Source: Sporopachydermia quercuum | Taxonomy: Eukaryota | Length of the DNA: 64,000 bases | Direction: 5' to 3' | Assembly (NCBI GenBank): GCA_001599295.1 | Contig: BCGN01000007.1 | Location: forward strand, 570,433-634,432 | Shown: positions 58,919 to 64,000 of the stretch, piece after piece | Layout: each line of letters opens with the position of its first letter | Numbering within the stretch: the first letter of the stretch is position 1 | Notes under the pieces: model-generated | Told to the model about the DNA's origin: nothing | The model's input: only the letters and a program-made list of their open reading frames with translations | The model's database searches: none | Position numbers and translations under genes: made by a program

Positions 58919-60043
58919 ATGCCTGGGGTCCTCCAAACTGATGAAGATGAGTTTTTCATTACAACTAAAGAAGACATATTGAACTGCAGTTTCTCATCAT
59001 GGTATCCACAATTCAAGACTTGTACACCAAAAGCACAATGGATCAAGCCCCTCAGCAAAGAATTTATTGATTATTTACTGGAAGACGGAATAAACCTTCC
59101 TACCTCCGAAAAACTTGCCCGAAATTCTTCACATTTTGACTCAGATTCAGATTCAGATTGGGATGAGCAGATTGAAGATGTAGGTGAAGAAAGGAGTGAA
59201 AACAATACGAAAGTTGATACTAATTTTTCATATAAGAGCAATGCAGATAGTTTCCCAGAAATAGTAAATGAAATCAAAAGAGTACTGGAAGAATATTCTG
59301 CAGTGGCTCCAAAATTGAACTGGTCCTCCCCAAGAGACGCAACATGGATTTCATATTCCAACACTATGAAATGTCATTCGGTACTGGATATTTTACTTCT
59401 ACTTAAATCTTCATCGTACATAGTGTATGACCTGCAAAATGCTTTTGATGCAGTCAATAACGAGCGGTATGAATTATCACCTTCAGAACAAATCCGTTAT
59501 GAGTTGGTATTAAGAAAATGGTTCGAGATAGCTCCCTCATTTGAGTTCAGATGTTTTGTTAAGTCGAAAAGACTGATAGGTGTTACACAGAGGGATCTCA
59601 ATTACTATGAGTTTTTGGAACCTTTGACAGAAACTATACAAGATAGAATTGAATCATTTTTTGAAACAAACGTTCGGCCAAAATTTCCTAATAATGATTA
59701 TGTATTTGATGTATATATTCCTCGGCCGTTTGATAGGGTCTGGATTATTGATTTCAATCCCTTTATTAGAAATACTGATACTCTCTTATTTTCTTGGATG
59801 GAGTTATATGAAATAAGCAAAAATCATGAAGTTGATGAGCCGGTATTCAGAATTGTGAAGGAAATAGATGTTGGAAGGTTTGCATCCAAAGAACATTCAG
59901 AGAATCATGTACCACAAGACATTGTTCAGGCCAGTTTAAACCCTGATGGAATATCAGAGCTTACAAGTGCATGGAATGATATCTTAGCTAGACAACAAGA
60001 GGATTCAGATTCAGAGTCAGATAGAGAGTCGGTACAAAGTTGA
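58919..60043 (+). CDS. CDC123: Cdc123/D123 eIF2 assembly factor
   Basis: CSFSSWY, PKLNWSSPRDATWI, LLLKSS, EFRCFVK, IDFNPF..TDTLLFSW. Confidence 0.96.
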   Translation: MPGVLQTDEDEFFITTKEDILNCSFSSWYPQFKTCTPKAQWIKPLSKEFIDYLLEDGINLPTSEKLARNSSHFDSDSDSDWDEQIEDVGEERSENNTKVDTNFSYKSNADSFPEIVNEIKRVLEEYSAVAPKLNWSSPRDATWISYSNTMKCHSVLDILLLLKSSSYIVYDLQNAFDAVNNERYELSPSEQIRYELVLRKWFEIAPSFEFRCFVKSKRLIGVTQRDLNYYEFLEPLTETIQDRIESFFETNVRPKFPNNDYVFDVYIPRPFDRVWIIDFNPFIRNTDTLLFSWMELYEISKNHEVDEPVFRIVKEIDVGRFASKEHSENHVPQDIVQASLNPDGISELTSAWNDILARQQEDSDSESDRESVQS

Positions 60044-60209
60044 TTGTTGAAGGCATACAAATTTACAGCTTAACTGAATGTAATTCTGTCCTATTCAGCA
60101 ATTAATATAGTTTATTTGCAATGCTTATAATTGCCATGTAGTTATATTACAAAAGCCAAAAATTTGGGGATCAACCAATCTAGCAAATGGTCATCTGGGG
60201 TTTGACGAA

Positions 60210-62387
60210 TCAATTTGATTTTGTTTCATGTTTTGTTTGACGATGAGCAGTCCAGTTTTGTGAATCTTTCTTTTGCATTGTAGCAGGAGGGAAAAGACCT
60301 AGAATTTTTTATGTTAGAGCCATCGTGTGAAGATATGTTTTTGCAAGGTTTTACTCACCTATTTGTCGAATACTAGCGATACTTCTGATTCTTCTATTCA
60401 AGTTATTGGGAGGAGGAAATCGTTGTTCTTTTCCTTTCAAAGGTCCATCAGTATAGAATATTTTAGGTCTATAAGCCTGCTCTTGATCCATCACACTAGA
60501 GTTCCTGAATTTCTCAATCAGGCATTCTTTTCCTTGGATATTTGCATATGAGAGATCGCAAATCTTTTCTGAGTTGAATTTATTCCATTTTGTTCCTGCT
60601 CTTGCTTTCGCAAATGTAATGATGTGCTCTGGTTCGGTAAAAGATATGAAAGCATAGCCCACGTTGCAACGGTTAACGAAGTCTATTCTCAAATAAAGAA
60701 AATCATAAGTGTTTCTGTTTGTAACATCAATGTATTCTTTCAGCATTGTTTGGTCAACTTTGTTCGGGATATTACGAAGCATCAAAGTTGTTCGAGTGTC
60801 CAGACCTTTCGCTATTTTTGATAAATCTACAACATTTTTCTTTGGAACATCTGCTGAAGTAACTATGTTTCCTTTGTCCACCTTAGCGCTTTCAAGGGAT
60901 TCAGGATTCAAATCAAGTAACCCAGTTTTGAGATATTCTTCCTCATTTGAACAAAGAATATTTCTGTCTTTGCGGAAGTCCATTGGGTCATAAGCACTAA
61001 TGCCAGAAATTTCAAGACGTATAGAGGACTGCTGCCAAAAGTTTGACTCAAACTCATCTTCTCTGACAAAAGTAACAATAGTTTGCTTCATTTCTGTTAG
61101 AATGATCATCAAAAATCTCAACTATCCAATGCGAAGACAACTTACACCAATTGAGAAATTGTGAGTTTTAGAAATCAGCTTAGTAACTGAACGGAAATCA
61201 AAAAATTCACAAATGTATGTGTTTTTCTTTGATTTATGCTCATTGAATGTCCTAATATCTCCAAAGTCTTGGAGCCGTACCAAAAGTTTAGAGCTGAATT
61301 TGGAATCGTAATTATCATCCCAAAATACAACAATTCTTGCATTGACATCTTTAGCGATAAAGTCTTCAGTATTCTAATATAATGTTAGTTAACTATCAAA
61401 CATGAACTTAGTTTCAATAAGTTATAAACATACTCCTGTGCAATCAAAATACTCAATTTTGATGTCAGAAGTGGAACTATCAATTTCCTTCAGATTTTGC
61501 TTCAGGTTTGAAAAAGCTGTCTTAGCATGTCTTATGTCATACCACCCAACCAATGCTCTCAATTTATTTTGATTTGATTCCAAGCGCTTCATCAAGCAAA
61601 TTGACCCAAAAAATGAGCAAGTTTCCAANAGAGCATAAGGACTCATACTTGGAGGTAAGTTGGAGATGATTAAAACTCGTTCGAGTTTATTCTCGGGAAT
61701 GATTAAGTCAAATAAATCCATGTTTCCAAAATCCNTCGAATTGTAAGAGGAATCTTCGAGTACTGTTTTCTGATTGAAAGGAAACTCAAAATTAAATTGC
61801 TCTTCAGAACTAGGCCAAACTTCTGATGGAATTCTAATATCAAAAGCTTTATACTCAGTTAGTATTCAATATTTACTGAGAAAGCAAAAACATATAAATG
61901 TCAAATCCTTACCGGTTTGATCAAAACTATTGCTCTGAATTTCTGTCGTATTCGTGAGTAGGGGGTTTGAACTGCAAGCTTGATTTCCGTTGGATAGTCT
62001 GTTTTTTGCAAAGCTTTCTTGCAAACTAAAGCCAAATGCATCTGTTCTTGGTGTTCTTATCTGTTCATTCAAACAATTGAAAGAGTTATCAGAAAAGTTC
62101 TCATTCTGTATGGGTTTATTTCCATTGAAATAGTCCTGATGTTGCATTGAGTGAGAGCTAAAACTTGTTGGAGGATTTACGGTAGTTTCCCAAGAATAAT
62201 TATTTTTCCAAGATCCAATATCAGCCAAAGTATAGTCAGACTCAGACAAGAAGGAGCGTCCATTATAGGTGGACATCATTTTGTAGGATTTTAGGTCAAA
62301 TTCCTTTTTTTTGGTCTTGGTGTCATCAAGGATATCTGAGTTAATGTGAGTGTCAGGTCTTTGAAAATGGTTTTGAAAAGAAAACAT
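60210..62387 (-). CDS. mei2: Mei2-like meiotic RNA-binding protein (3 RRMs), 5 exons (introns 61847-61912, 61374-61433, 61086-61145, 60299-60358)
   Basis: RRM3 DTRTTLMLRNIPNK..YDFLYLRIDFVNRCNVGYAFI..YANIQG..FRNSSVM and terminal I|GLFPP; RRM1 WYDIRHA, RRM2 CEFFDFR. Confidence 0.9.
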
Positions 62388-64000
62388 ATTCAATTATTGC
62401 CAGATTTTCTTCTTCTTTTCTAATAAAACCTAGTTTCTAGGCTTATTTCATCAAAAGTCCACAAAGATTTTATAGTCAAAATGACAGAAAGGATGAATAA
62501 TTGAAAATGTTTAGACTAGCTATTTTTCAAAGTAGATGAAATTTATGTTTACTATTTAGCTTCGAAGTCTTCATTTGATCAACGACTTTGAAGAGAAGTT
62601 TGACACCAACTTATTCAAAGAATCAGCAGACTTTGAGACAAAATGCTTGGGATTTATTGAACACAATCAAATTTAATGAAATTGAAAAAACAATAATCGA
62701 AATTAAGGTAGACAAGCAGACTGAAGATCAAAGCAGAAAGTTCAACGTATTTGCCAAACAAGTTGAATTAAACAAATTGTGACCTGATGAGTATTCTTTT
62801 TTTTACTTTTTAATTTCTTTTTTTATTCAAGCAGGAATCACGAACTCATTTATACCTTATCAGTAAGAGATCATTCTGTGGAAGGATGACTCCAAACAAT
62901 CAAAATCGAAGCGTAAAGTTACAGACATCTTTCCACCAGACTTTCACATGGGGTACATTTGAACTCTTCTAACCTTTTGTACAGCTAAACTTAATTTCTC
63001 TTTCTCATCACATCACGTTCAGAATGTTTCAGCGTTTAAGACTCCATCTAAGAAACAGCAATAGTAGTACGTTGGTGTCTACCAAACAAGAATCCCTCTC
63101 ACTCATAATGATATATCATGAAGAGGGATACTTATTCATTATCAAGAGTAATTAGTTGCAGTTAGAAAAAATAGTACGGGCGCTATGTTTAATTCTACAT
63201 TGCCTCTAACTTCCATAGAGTTTCTTTGATGAGTGAACCCCATAATTAAGATAGATATGTCATTTTGCAACTCATTATCAGAGTTGAGAGTAGAAACTAA
63301 ACACAAATTGTCAACAGAGTTGTTGCATAATCATTCTTTGTAGTACTATGGGAGGTGGACTTTATTTTTTATGTGTCAAAACTTCTTTCCACTAGTTTTT
63401 ACTTTAACTGGTGCGATAACTCTCACTCGAAGCCACTGTAACTACCTGCAAAGCAAATACTTTTGGGAAAACGTTTTACAGGTGAGTTCCCAGCGCAAAA
63501 TTTTGGCTCTTTTTTCGATTTTCATGTAAGCAAGATGTTTATTTCTTCTTAATCAAATCTCACCCATCAGATGAAAAAAAAAAAACAGAAAAAGAAAAAG
63601 AAAAAGCAAGAGATTAATCTCAAAACTTTAAGTATGAAAACGAAATTTCAGCTTCTAAAAGAAGTAAATTGATTGAACTTAAAATGGTTTAGTCCAAAAC
63701 TTCGTGTATTATTTGTGAAGTTTATTCTAATTAGTTCAGCTCTTTTTTTTTGTCACCAACAATAACACAACTATCAAAAAGGTCTTCTATGCCGCACTAA
63801 TAACAACGAAGCAGCGAACGCTTCTATTACCTTGTATTGATGTCATCTGTTTAACAATGAAAACTCGCCTTGTTCTTATAGAAATTTGAAAGATGCTTGT
63901 TGTTGAAAGGTACAATTCAGCAGTAGGGTTTGTCTGCTCTCTGTTCAATAGAAACAACATCGTTTTATTGGATCACAAAAACTATATTGAAAGTTGGGGA

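Noticed and set aside
575..61736. Scattered single N bases
   Set aside because: They are isolated and frame-preserving; most likely heterozygous or ambiguous base calls, not biology
62400..64000. Ste11 TR-box-like motifs upstream of Mei2 (63221, 63334, 63853)
   Set aside because: All are imperfect, and a better match occurs in the CRD1 leader near 50830, so chance in AT-rich DNA is likely
1..64000. U12-type or other non-GT-AG introns, frameshifts, readthrough PTS1 tails, LTR or transposon remnants
   Set aside because: All split genes resolve with GT-AG introns; the readthrough tails I checked do not end in PTS1; no terminal repeats or transposon ORFs seen

Overview
Gene-dense, AT-rich chromosomal segment of an intron-rich budding yeast (Saccharomycotina-like). 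CTG is read as Leu at conserved positions. I find 27 protein genes and one tRNA-Ala(AGC), with 29 coding-region GT-AG introns resolved by hand and a probable 5'UTR intron in eIF4A. Genes include NPR3, LDB17, ATG38-like, RPN5, NOP14, GSH2, RRT8/LDS-like, a JmjC protein, a Cln-type cyclin, MRP49, MRPL38, KRE9, RFA3, a DUF1746 protein, TXL1, TIF1, a glycogenin homolog, COX18, SPT4, CPR6, RPB1, CRD1, BPL1, a secreted membrane-anchored protein, CCT4, CDC123 and a Mei2 ortholog. Many neighbour pairs match S. cerevisiae gene order. The most notable observations are: a glycogenin at the GLG/TIF syntenic locus lacking its DxD and His metal ligands; a fission-yeast-like Mei2; an RNA Pol II CTD with no Ser7; a candidate non-AUG mitochondrial extension of biotin ligase; stop-generating tandem splice acceptors; a clear branchpoint-to-AG spacing rule; and an H/ACA snoRNA-like element. 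No mobile element or CRISPR array was seen. All homology calls come from motif recognition, not database searches.
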